Below are positions 14,209 through 27,655 of a stretch of DNA of 64,000 nt, in pieces. Below the pieces are notes generated by a model. It was given only the letters and a program-made list of their open reading frames with translations. It ran no database searches and had not been told where the DNA came from. This DNA is from Paraspadella gotoi (taxonomy: Eukaryota > Animalia > Chaetognatha). Both the position numbers and the translations under genes were made by a program. Where the stretch lies: NCBI GenBank assembly GCA_051294375.1, contig CM119271.1, forward strand, positions 9,625,308-9,689,307, in the 5' to 3' direction. Position 1 is the stretch's first letter; each line of letters starts with the position of its first letter.

Positions 14209-14716
14209 TTTTCTTTAATATATCGTTTCTTTTGTTTTGAGATGTTATTTTGATACGTAAATTGATTAAAATTGTTATAAAATGAAGCTAATCGAAAAAT
14301 AGAACTGTGAAATAAGAACGCGGCATCCCAAAATCGCTTCCAACATTAGACCTGATCTCGACTTTCGTTCCACAGAAAACTGAGCGATCGAAAAATTTCT
14401 CTTTAAACTCAAATTTTTCTCTTAGCGATTTTTCGAGTTCAGCCATTTTTGATCCGTCAAATCTTTTTTTTTTTTTCCTATCGGACGCTGCAGCGTTTGA
14501 AAGGTTCAGTCGGAGGTCATAAAAGGGTCACTCAGGATCGAATTGGGGTCACAAAGGATCCTTCGAGATCCGGCTCGTCTTCCGAGGGCTCTCCGGGGGG
14601 TTTGAAAAAGGGGTCAGCCATCGATCGAGGGATCCAGCGGCTCGTCGGAGATCTCTCTCTAATCCGGCGACAATCCTCCGGTCCAAGGATCGAGCCTCGA
14701 CGATGCGACCAGGAAG

Positions 14717-17665
14717 ATGAGCTTCTGGCAAGCCAACGTCGGATCCGCGCAGCAGTTCTTCAAGGAGTTGAGGCGGAACGGGAGTCATTTGGCCGACACC
14801 GAGTTGAGGGTCAAACTCGTCAAAGGTGAGGGATTAATTGGGGGCAGTTAGTCGGTTCGACAGTCGTTTGATTCGAAGGTCGGTACTTAATATTTCTCTA
14901 TTGATCGGTTAATCGTCATGAACCTCAAGCGGTCGATCGGTCAATTTGGTTGGCATTTATATTTTACAATCAATCGATCAATTTTTAAGACTCAATCGAT
15001 TAGTTTTTAAAGTTTTTTTTTGATCAATCATTTAATTGTCAAGTGAATCCATGGGTATGGTTTGTCAGTCAGTCAAGCTATTCTGTCTTTAAAATTAATG
15101 ATCGATCAATCATCGAGACACTTGATCGGTTCATAGGTTGTTCGGTATTTAAAATTTTTTTGTCAGTCAATCGATTGTCAAAATTCTCATCGAGTTGGTC
15201 GGTCGTTGCTTATTTGGTTAGTCTGTCTAGTTGGTTGGTCGAGCAGTTCAGGTCATTACTTGAAATTACATTCTCGATCATTCAGTCGTCAAGACTTCTA
15301 CTCGGTCGGTACATAAATGTTGCGATCGATTGGTAAATCTTGGAGACTGGTCGGTCGGTCCTCTCCTCACTGATCTCTTCCTCCCCCCACCTCCACCCTC
15401 CCGGGCACACCGTCCCAGATGATCGTCAAGGACTCGGCGATCGTCACGTCGACGCGGCGGAGAAGAGAAGCGACAGTCGAGAGAAGACCGTCTCCATTCT
15501 CGTACATTCCATCGTTTTGTCCTCGAGGAGTCAGGTTGGGGAGGGCGTTATCGATTGATAGATTGATTCGATTGATTGATTGATTAATTGATTAATTGAT
15601 TGATTGGTTCGTTCATTAGATTAATTGACTTACTGATTCAACGATTGGATTTAATCAATTGATTCGATTCGATTGATTGATTGATTGATTAGTTGATTCG
15701 TTTTTATTAATTTCGTTGATTTGATTGTTTAATTAATTTATTCGTCCCGTGGAATGATTGATTTAATAATGAATTCAGTGATTAATTTAATTACTTGATT
15801 GATTAATTTATTGATTCATAGATTTTTTCATTCATTCATTTATTCTTTGATAATTGATTGATTCAGTGATTAATTGAATGACTAACAATTTTATTGATTA
15901 ATATATTGATTGCCGTATTTTTTTCATAATTCTGTTTTTAGTCGGATCTGCTTATCAGCAGATTCCGACTCTATAATTCACTTTGTCGGTCCGTCGGTCC
16001 GCCCGCTTAATATTGTCAGGCAACTACATATATCATGTTAGAATATCAAATTATGATAAATTATGCAAAAAAAAAAAGATGTTCTTCCGTCAGTCTGTCC
16101 GTCCGCTCGTCCATCTGTCCATCCCCCCCTTAGCATTAAACTCCAATTACTCGTGATTGGATGGATGGATTAGAATAAAATTTTGTGTGTGGGTAGGAAA
16201 GTGTGTGATTGAGTTGGATAGAAAGTTTTAATGGAATCATGCGAGTGGAAATGAGTTTAAGTGGAAAAAACAAAAAAATCTATTTCACTATTTGAACGCC
16301 ACTTACTCATGAGTGGACGGGTTGATTGACTTGAAATTTTGTATGTGGGTATGTGTGTTTTTAAGCTGGAAATCAATTTTCGTTGGAATCGTCTGAGTGG
16401 AAATGTGTTTAAATGGAAAAAACAAAAAACCTGTTTCACTAATTGATTATGCTTCTTTTTCTTTTTATATTAAATGTAAATGCAAGATGTATTAATTCAT
16501 CAAATAATTAATCAGTTAATTAATCAAGTAGTCAATTAATTAATAAATAATTAATTGGTCAATAAATCAATTAATTAATTATTCAATCAATTTATTTAGT
16601 TATCTATTAATTAATTATTTAATCAATCAATTTATTTATAAATTAATTAATTATTTAATCAGTCAATCAATTAAGTCAATCGTTATATTGTCATCATCCC
16701 CATCATCGTCGTCGTTGCTTTTGTCGTGGTCAGTGACAAAAAGACCTTAAAACAAACATTTTGGATAAATTAATTAATTTATTAATTAAATTATTATTTT
16801 AGTTATGCATACTTTGTAATATTTAATTAATTAATTAATTACCGGTTACCGCTAATGATCGTGGACAGATCCGACATTGTTTGCTCAAACTTGTTTCTTT
16901 CTTTCTTTCTTTTTTTCTGTCTTTCAAGACCGTTGCCTAATGACTGCGAAAACAGGAACTTTTTTTTTCCACGTGTTTTGTCCGGACTTTGCGTTTCGTA
17001 ATCTTTTCAAATAGATTTTTTTCCTTTCTTTCTTTCTTTCTTTCATTTGGGACAACCAATATAAAAATTATCCATTCATTTAATAAATAAGCTATCTTGC
17101 CTCTGACTTTGGACATAATTCACATAATTTTCTTTAAAAAACATTTAAAATATTCTATAAAATACACGCGGGTTTTGAATAATTTGATCGTGTCACAAAA
17201 ACAGAGACCAGAAAGAAGCTAAAAATAAGAATGAGGTGATCGCTTATCACTGACGCTCCGTCGAGAGGGAAAGAGAGAGAGAGATTTGATTGATTTTTGA
17301 TTTATTATGCTCAAAATGTGAAAATTTAACACAGTAACAATGTAATAGTTTATGAGCAGTACATATATATGTATGTACATTGTACATTGTACATTGTACA
17401 CATTTTAAAGAAATGTAAATAAATTAACAAAACAAAAAATTACAAAGTGGACTAATTATATACATAGTTTTAAATTTCAGTGTTTACACATAGATCTCGT
17501 TCCTTGTTTAACGTTCCACACTCTCTCTATCCGAATCATGATATGCTTTAGTTTTTCTATGTTATTTAAGTATATATCAGAAAAAGGTATTTTATCAAGA
17601 TTGGACATAAAGTTTAAATGATTCCATTTAATACAATAATTTAGTCTATGTTCTTTATCATCTTC

Positions 17666-17726
<61 letters not shown>

Positions 17727-19159
17727 GACTTGCATTAAGCAAACAGCCTACAGGAAACAGGCTACATTGTGCTCCTAAAAGCTACATCAATTTACAAAAT
17801 GATGAGAGAGAAAGAAAGAGAGAGAGAAAGAAAGAGAGAGAATGAGAGATTCCCGAGCAACTCTTCTCTCCGCCCCCCTCCGCCCCCCTCTGCCGTATCT
17901 ACTATTTCACCCCTTTCTGAAATTCTGTCTCTTTTTAGCTTTGTCATTTCGACTCTTCTTTCTTTTCCTGGCCACCACAGGTATGTAACCGGTATAAACC
18001 GGCCACCGGTGGGAAAACCGTTGCGAATTTTTTTGAAATGACGACCATTTCTTTATCTCAAATTATTTACTTATCTTCCACGCTTTTCCTAGTGAACTTT
18101 CCTTCTTCACGTTTTGACCACACATTCCATTTCTTAACCTTATGAATTTATTTATTTCTTTATTTATTTCTTTATTTCTTTATTTCTTTATTTCTTTATT
18201 TCTTTCGTTTTGTCGTTCTTTCTCTTTGTCTTACAAGATCGTTGCCTAGTGACAGTGTAAACAGGAACTTTTTTTCCACGTGTTTTTGCCGGACATTCCG
18301 TTTCGTAATATTTCGTTTCTTTCTTTTGCGGTTGCATTACTTTGTGAAATAATTCATTCTTCTTCGGTATAAAAAGAGAACCGTTTCAAGCTTTACTCAA
18401 CATTTGAAAAACTACAAGCTTTTCGTTTTCTGTCTTCGAAACATAATCTTTTCTCGACAAATATTTTTAGTCGGATCTGCTTATCAGCAGATCCCGACTC
18501 TATAATTCACTTTGTCGGTCCGTCGGTCCACCCCCTCAATATTGTCGGGCACTAAATTATATCATGCCAGAACATCGAATTATGATAAATTATGCAGAAA
18601 AAATGATGTCTGTAGAAATGATTTTTAAATAAACATTCATTTTGCCTCTCAATCAGAGTTGATGATTGTCCTATTCTGGTTACTAAAAATTCCCCCATAG
18701 CAACGCGTCATGCTGCTCTGCTTCTACTTACTTAGAAACAACTATCTTAATGGTTATAAGAAATAATTAGCTATAAAAATTGGTCTAGTGCGCAAAGATT
18801 GATGCTATAGCATATCAATCCTAGGTCCCTGATTAGTTAATTTTAAATTTTATAGTTACCTCTAGTTTCTGATTGGTTCACTACTAATATAAAAAGGGAC
18901 ATTTTTTGTAGTATTCTAGGGCGTTCCAAGGACCATAAGAGGTAAAAACACTGTTTGATTATTTTGTAATTTTTTATTTAAATAAAGTAATAATTTTCTA
19001 TTCCTTTTAGCTTTAAGCTGACCATTTGCTACCAAAGTTTTTATATTCAACTGCCTCACTGTCAATAAAGGTACTCAAATAAAAAGATGTCTGCTTAATC
19101 CAAGGTCTTGATTATTTAATCTATGAAATTTCAAGGAATGCTCTAACTAACCCAAACAA

Positions 19160-19199
<40 letters not shown>

Positions 19200-20953
19200 C
19201 GTCCCACATTATCAAAAAAACCAATTACTCGTGATTGGATGGATGGATTGGAATGAAATTTTGTGTGTGGGTAGGGAAGTGTGTGATTGAGCTGGATATG
19301 AAGTTTCGATGGAATCGTCCAAGTGAAATGAGTTTAAATGGAAAAAACAAAAAAATATAATTCACTATTTGAACACCAATTGCTCAATGAGTGGATGGGG
19401 CGATTAACCTGGAATCTTGTATGTGAGTAGGAAAGTGTGTGATTGAACAGGAAACCAATTCGATGGAATCGTTTGAGTGGAAATTAGTTTAAATGGAAAA
19501 AAACAAAAAACCTGTTTTACCTTTTTTCATTTTATATTAATGTATATGCAGGATGTATTAATAAATCAAATAAATAATCAGTTAATTAATCAATTAGTCA
19601 ATTAATTAATCACTAATTAATTAATCAGTCAATCAATCTGTCCATCCGTCCCACCTTAAAAAAAGCCCAATAACTCGTGATTGGCTGGTTGGATCGGATT
19701 GATAGATTATGTGTATGGTAGAGTGTGTGATGAAGCTGGATATAAAGTTCAACGGAATCGTGTGAGTGGATATGAGTTTAAATGGAAAAAACATAAATCG
19801 CATTTAATAAAATCTTTTTACTTATTTTAACCAATAAATACTCTAATTAATCAATAATCATAATTGGATGGATAGATTGAGTTCAAATTTTGTGTGGGTA
19901 GGAAAATGTGTGATGAAGCTTGATATAAAGTTTTGGTACGAGTGGAAATGAGTTTAAATGAAAAAAATATGAGTCACATTTACTTGACTCTTTTTACTTA
20001 TTTTAACCCATAATAGATTGAGATGAAATTTTGTGAGCGGGAAGAAAGTTTGTGAAGAAGCTAGATATAAAGTTTTGACGGAATTGTGCCAGTGAAAATG
20101 AGTTTAAATGAAAAATATAAGTCACATTTACTTTATTTTAAGGACATCGATGATGATGATAAGCTGTATATAAATTTATAAATAATTTTTAAATATTAAA
20201 ATTAATTAATTAATTAATCGATTAATTAATTAATTAATTAATTTTCGTAGGCAGATACGACATTGTTTGCTCAAACTTGTTTTTTTAAATTTTAATCTCA
20301 TCTTTTCCTGGCAAAAGTTTTGAACAATCTCGCTCGATTACAAGTGTGAAAATATTTTCTCGATGGAGGTCATCAAAGTGTATGCTCAAAATCTTCATAA
20401 CGTCCGATGCGATAATACAATATTCCCAGTTAACTTGAAATGTTCAAACTGGACTGTTGTCTCCAGTGTGGAAATTACGATCTATGACAGCAAACTTGTG
20501 GGAATGAAACAATGGAACGATCATTCGGACGATCTCGAAAGTCCTACCGATCTGGGCCAATCTCGATTGAATGATCGCGAAAGGATATCTAAAAAGAAAA
20601 AAAAGAAAAAGAACGAAAGAAAAGAAAACTCGAAAGAGAACATCTGCGAGGAAATGACGCCCGATGCCGTTCTGGGCCCACGGATTTCTCTCTCAACGAT
20701 TATAAACGGCGATAAAGAGACACAAACTAAAAGAAGAAAAAAACTTCGTTAATTGGTAGCTGTCTAATGTTAATACATAACTTTTTATCAGCGCTGTAAT
20801 TTTTTTTTACGGAAAAATTTTAACTGTTCTTACAATTATAGCGCTGATGAAGTTATGTACTAACTTTAGTCACTGTTACCAACTGTAATTGTGTTACAAC
20901 TTGTTAAATGAAATTTTACCCTGTTATTGGAAAGGACAGTGACGGGAATGGCG

Positions 20954-21020
<67 letters not shown>

Positions 21021-24000
21021 TTTCGTTTTAAATTACTGAGTTTTGAATCTGCTATAATTTTTTAAGTTTCATTATTTATCTTATAACCATTTTAACTCAA
21101 ATGAAGTTGTATATTCTTGATTGACTAATGTCTATTGCCTGTACTCCTAGTAAATAGTTATCAGTGTTTCTGGTGAAAAAAAATTTATTTGATGTTTATT
21201 AGCTCACAGAAAAAAAGTAGACAAAAAAATGTTGACAATGTCGTAAAATTAGATGTTTTGTCTTTGTAATCAAGTTATATTTTTTACTTAATTAGATTTG
21301 TAGAGAAAACAAATTTTATTTTTGTGACAAAACAAAGATTTTTAATTAATTAATTAATTAATATCAACAATTCTAAATCGCAACGAAATAGAAAGGATTA
21401 ACATCATGACTTAATTACATATGACATAAAATGTTTAATAGACCTCCCAAAATATCATACATTTATGAAGTATTCCTGATACCTGCAAAGTTTCTTTTGT
21501 CAAATTTAGTGGAGAAAACGAAAATCACAATAAAAAAAATTTCTGGATGCTCATTATGGATTTTCCACGCTAGTTTTTGCGTCAAACCACTTCCGTTTTT
21601 AAAAATTCAGGATTTTTGGAAAAAAATAGCTGTTATTCAGCCAGCATACTTAAATTAATCAAAATAAAGTTACCAATAACCTTAATATTATATTTTTGTT
21701 TTGGTTTATAAATTAGGTTTATAAAAATATAATTACAAAAGGCTTCAAGTTAAAAATTCATAATTTTTTTAAGCCAAATTGGCCCTAATCTAACTACTCC
21801 ACTAATTTTAATAAAATTTTACTATCTGGTTAAACAAATAGAACTGTAAAGGGATTTTTAATCTTTAATCTTTAAACCAAGATATTGACCTTTAAAAAGT
21901 TTACCAGATGAGTGCAAAAATAAGTAGCGATAAGATGGAAGGCGACTTGGCCTTTGCAGCTAGCAAGCTCTCTTCTCAAACCCTAACCCTAAACCGGGCC
22001 CTTAACAAACCTTTAATCTTAATCAGTTTCCCTAGCTTGGGATATCTAACCTAACCCTAGCCCTAACCTTAATGTGAACTTCTTGTCTTACCCCAAGTCT
22101 GAATCTTAACCCGAGCAACCTTTCCCCTAACCTTAACCCAAGCTAGTGACTTCCTGCTGAACCTTAACCCAAAACCAGTCCCTGATCCCAACTCTTACCA
22201 GTTTTCCTGGCTGGTAACATCTGCAGAGAGCCACTTCCTTAGCCCTAACCCTAACCTAGGCCTCTGTTTTATATCATGCCAGAACCCTAACCCTGCATCA
22301 CTTAAAAGACTATCCACCAAACCTCACCTCAGCCTGAGGTTCACCTCTGAGCCTCAACTGAGGCTTCCCTGCCTCCTGGCCATCAATAAGGCTAAACTTT
22401 AATCTTTAATTTCCTTCCCCAGTAGCTTCCCTAACCTTAACCCAAGCTTCTTATCCTTTTCTGAGTCGGTCCAAATTGCACTTAATCATAGCAACCTGGC
22501 CGAATAATAATTTGCTGTTAGCTTGTACTAGCTTGTACCTGGGACATTAAGATCAGGGTTGAGGCTTGCAAATGAATAAAAGGCCTGGGCTAAGGTTTAG
22601 GTTGGGGAGAGGTTAGTTAAGGTTGAGTGGGAGGCTTGCTAGCCACAAAGGCCAAAGCGCCTTTTATCTAATTAGCTACTTTCTTTTTTGCATCATTTGG
22701 CAAACCTTTAAAGGCCAATATCTTGGCTTAAGGATATTTAATATTTAAAATCCCTTAGAGAGTTTTATTTGTATAACCAAATCATACTTTCTTATAAAAT
22801 CTTATTAGAATTTGGTCAGGGACGATTTGGCTTAAAAAAACTAATAATTTCTAATTTTAAGTCTTTTGTAATAATAATTTTTAACCTTATTTATAAACCA
22901 CAACAATAAATTGAGTATTAAGGTTATTAATAATTTTATTTTGATTAATTTAAGTATGCTGGCTGAATAACAGCTCATTTTTTTTCAAAAAAAATTTGAA
23001 TTTTTAAAACCGGAAGTGGTACGACGCAAAAACTGGCGTGGAAATCCATCAAGAGCATTCGGGGAAATTTTTTATGTGATATTCGTTTTCTCCACTAAAT
23101 TTGGCACAAGAAACTTTGCAGGTATCAGGAACTTTCAAAAATGCATGGTATTTCTGGGAGCTCTAATGTTTAACCAATTTACTGTTGATTGATTTAATAC
23201 ACCGTTCGGAGTTAAAATTTTTAAAACTATGTAGTAAGGCGGAACAAGGTAAAAACTAAGAGTTCTGTTATATAAATAACGTTAAAGAATCCCTGTGGGA
23301 TAACGAAATTTAAAAAAAATTAAGATTTTATGTATAGTTAATAACATAGAAGCATTTAAAGTTTATCGTATTACTTTAAATCATGAAAATTTTATATTTC
23401 AAATTCAGAATTTTTAAAAACGGATTCGGGTAGAGCTTGCAAAAACAAATAAAAAATATTATTACTAGAATTCCAAATTTTCATGTTTTATTGGTTAAAA
23501 TTAGGAAAAAATATAAAAATTATAGTATGATAATAATGATGATTTTTCTCTTATTTGACCCACTTATCATCGAAATATTGAAAAACACATTATACTTTGT
23601 GTAGACAACTTTTTATGGGCTTTCTGAATCCGTTCTTTAAAAAAAAATTATTAAAAAACATTTTTTTTCATTGCCTATGCATTTATAAATATTTAAATAC
23701 TTCAATGTTATACTGTGCTTCACTAGTTATAAAAGTGATAGTAAACATTGATTAAGTATATGATAGACAAATGAATTTTATATGACAGAACTTCTAATGA
23801 TAAAAAGGGATCAAATTTAACCCGCCTTACTATGTACTATGTACTATGTATGTAGTGTACACGGTGCAAAGCGTAGAAAAGTGTGCAAACTGTAGCGGAA
23901 ATAAAAAAAGTCGAGACAGAGGCTAAATTTTTTTCAAAAACGACCGTCAGAAAATTAATTTATTGATTATTGAGATAGTTATCAAAAACGCCTGATTTCC

Positions 24001-26163
24001 AAGTAGAGTGAAAAGCCTTGTACTGATGAGGTTTAAGTGAGATCGGAAATGAAACGAGTATTTTTTTTTCAAATGTTGTAACTATCATTAAAAATATATT
24101 AATTTTTTCTCTCTTAGCACATTTTTTCTCTCATCCTCAGGATTGATTAAAAAGGAGGATGAGAAATTATAATAAAAATTATAAAGAAAAAATGAGACTT
24201 TTTGTCGTTGTTCGCATCGATATATGAAAAAAACTCTTCATACATTTCCTTAATGTTTTCGACTTTTAACGAACCGAAAGAGTAATTTGAGCGATAAAAT
24301 CTGCTTGTAAACAAAAGTCTACTCATTGGAATGAGAGCGTGATATTGTGGCGAAAGAGTTTGTTCAACTTTGACGCCTGTTAAATTTGAAATTAAATTAA
24401 ATTAAATTAAATTAATTAAATTAAATTAAATTAATTAAATTAATAAAATTAATTAAATTAATTAAATTAATTAAATTAATTAAATTAATTAAATTAAATT
24501 ATATTTGATTTGAACGGTCCATATCGTGGAAATAACAGTTTATAATAATTTGTGTTGCTATTTTTTTTCTCGGGTGTTATATAGTTTCGGAGCAACAAAA
24601 TACCAAATATATTTACGTCAGTATGCACTTTAAAATGTTTTTCACCCGCTTATAGCTTATAGTATAAGAAAGAGAAAATGTATAAATAAATGATGGTAAT
24701 AGACTGATGCGAAACAAGAACGGATGAATTTCTTTGAAAAAAGTTGACCAAAAAACTTCATAGTTCACTGATTTCGCGTGATCGCAATGGAAACCAACTA
24801 TTAGTCCCAAAACTCGATGATCCAAAGATACCTTCTTTTCAAGTCTCTTTTCCTTTTTTTATATTTTTTAACAAATATATAATATTTCAAAATAATAAAA
24901 ACAATTTAATTCCCTTTTATCTTTGAGGTGATGGAACGACAAATCATGGATCAGAAGAGACGCCTGACGACTCGACAGGCCAAATACATTCTCGGTGAGT
25001 AGGAAGAGCAAAAAGATCAGGCGGCGCGGGTGATTCCCCCCCCTCCTGCCCTAATTAACAGGAACCGGTTGAGTAAGTTCAAGTCGTTACGCAGCGCTGG
25101 TTTGTTACGTAAATACTTTTCCAGATGGTTGCATGACTGCGCGAGTGTGAAGCATATGCTCATGAAGTATCTCATGTTACGTAACTTTTCCAGCAAGTAT
25201 TTAACAAAATGATGTCTGTATTAACTGATTAACTTAGCTTTTAAAACGTAAGTGGAACAGGCCAACAGACAGAACGACTGACTCTCATCAGACTCGTTGT
25301 CGTTGTTGTTATCCTTCAGAGGTGGAAGGCGCCAACGTCTCCAAGGAAGTTCTCCACGACTTCGTCGACATCCTCTACTTTGAAGACGTCGACTTCTCAG
25401 AGTCCAACGTCCTCGGCTTGGTTCAGTGCTGCAAGCAGTTCGGGATGCAGGTGGGCAGAGATTGTGCTTGGTGCAGTGTATCAAGCAGTTTAGAATGCAG
25501 ATGAGGGGACAGCGTGCTTGGTGCAGCGTTTCAAGCAGTTCGGGATGCAGGTGAGAGTACCGCGTGCTTGGTGCTGCGTTGGAAAGCAGTTTGCAATTTC
25601 TTTGATTAGAGAGTGTGCTTGGCTCTGTTTTTCAACTTGTCTGGAATTCGAGATGCTTGTAGCCATTCGTTAATAATTCATGTTTTTAGTTGCGCCGCGA
25701 GTACTCGGTCGGTCTATCAGTCGGTACGTCTGTCCGTCGGTCCGTTCCGCTCACGTTAAAAATGCTCATAACTTGCGTATAGTTGGTTGCTCGATGCTCA
25801 TTTGTTAAGAAGGGAAAAATCCTCACATCTAAGTGACTACTAGCGCCGCCTTCAGGAAATCCTAAAATCCTAAATCCTTAAAACTATTTAAAACAAAAGA
25901 ATTTTATCTATGAATTTGTGTGATCTTCGCCAATTTCCCAACCCGATAATTTCATTCCTTCCAAATCCAAGGGTCAAATGCTCGAACGATGCGGCGATTG
26001 TTTGGTCAAGACGCTTCACCTCTACAACGTCGTCCAATACTTGGAGCTCAGTCTCGCCTACGGACTCTCCATGCTCAAGAAGGAGTGCCTCGGGATCATC
26101 CAGTGTTCCAAGACGCTCTTTCAGGCTCGTCGCTGTTGTTGTTGGTGTGGTCATCCTGCATTG

Positions 26164-26246
<83 letters not shown>

Positions 26247-27621
26247 GACTAAGGTCATTGTTGCATATTTCTGTATATTTTAAAAATATAAAAAAACATA
26301 AGATCTAGGTTCATCCTTATTTAATCGGAAATCTAATCTATCCTTATTTTGACTCCCCCAACTTTTCCTTTTTAATGACCAAAAAAAAAAAACAGAATCC
26401 GTTTTTGTACAAAAACATTTCGATCGACATCTTGAGTTTGATCTTTACTCTGGATCCACTTCCCGTCAGCGAGGAAGAGCTCGTCGACTTCGCTTGGGAA
26501 GAACGAACGAAAGAAAAAAAAAACAAATGAACGACGCAATGATTAAATAAAACATAAAGATTAAAGATACTTGGCGTGTATATTGAATGAATGAATTATT
26601 ATTCAATAATTGAGTAATTTAAATGTTGGTTGTACGAATTTCATAAGTTTTCTCCCTTGTATTTTTATACGAGCGTGGAGTAAAATAAATTATTCCCCGA
26701 TCTAATACTGAAGGGAGTGATTCTTTTATACAATTAAATAAATTATACTTCTTTATGCGAGGGACTTATAAACTAGACTTTTGATTGAAAGCTCCCAGTG
26801 TCCTGCTTTGTCATTAACGTGTAAGAGGGATGAAGCCTTCAGCTCAGCAGGGCCTGTCCAAAGTCAGCCGGCCAGCTGACTTAATTATTAATTGAATGGA
26901 TAATTTTGATGACGATTGCACCAATTTCATAACAAACGGATTAAATATAATTTAATTCATTGAATCGTATTTTAGATTAAAATCAGAAGATTAAATAAAT
27001 TTTTTTCGTTCGTACCTTTCCATCGCCTACATACGGTCACTATTTGGCATCTCCTCCCCGCCACCTGCTCGCCACCTCCTCCCCGCCACCTGCTCGCCAC
27101 CTCCTCCCCGCCACCTGCTCGACTCTCGCCATCTCCCTCTTCGCGCCTTCAGCGCCTGGAAGTCGATGGCTTCGCCGGCGTCTTCGGTGACGCCGGCCAA
27201 GTTCGATCAGCTGCTGGAGTTGGTGAGGTTCCCGACGCTGACCACCAAGTATTTGACGGGTAAGTTGATGGAGGTGAGGGAATTGAGAGTCGGGTGAGAG
27301 TGGAAGTGTGACAGAAGTGGGTTTGGAATGAGTGAGGAATCGGTTAGTATCTGGTGAGGAAATGGGTTAAGAAACGTTTTGGAATGAGTTAGGGATAGAT
27401 GAGGAAAGGAGTAAGGAATGGGTTAGAAATGGGTTAGGAGTTTTCTAAGATTTGATATTGGATAAGGAAAATTGGTTAGAGAATTGGTGAGTAAATAGAA
27501 ATGAATGGTTGCTGGAAGGTTCTCCCTCTCCCTCTGTTTCTCTTTTCTCTTTCTTCTCTTTTTTTTTTCTCTCTTCACTCTCTTCTCTTCTCTAGAATGT
27601 CTCTCTCTCTCTTTCTCTCTC

Positions 27622-27655
<34 letters not shown>

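Noticed and set aside
19230-20120. Regularly recurring repeats that might suggest a CRISPR-like array
   Set aside because: Units are degenerate tandem subrepeats inside a HINE element with no unique spacers. The context is eukaryotic and there are no cas genes.
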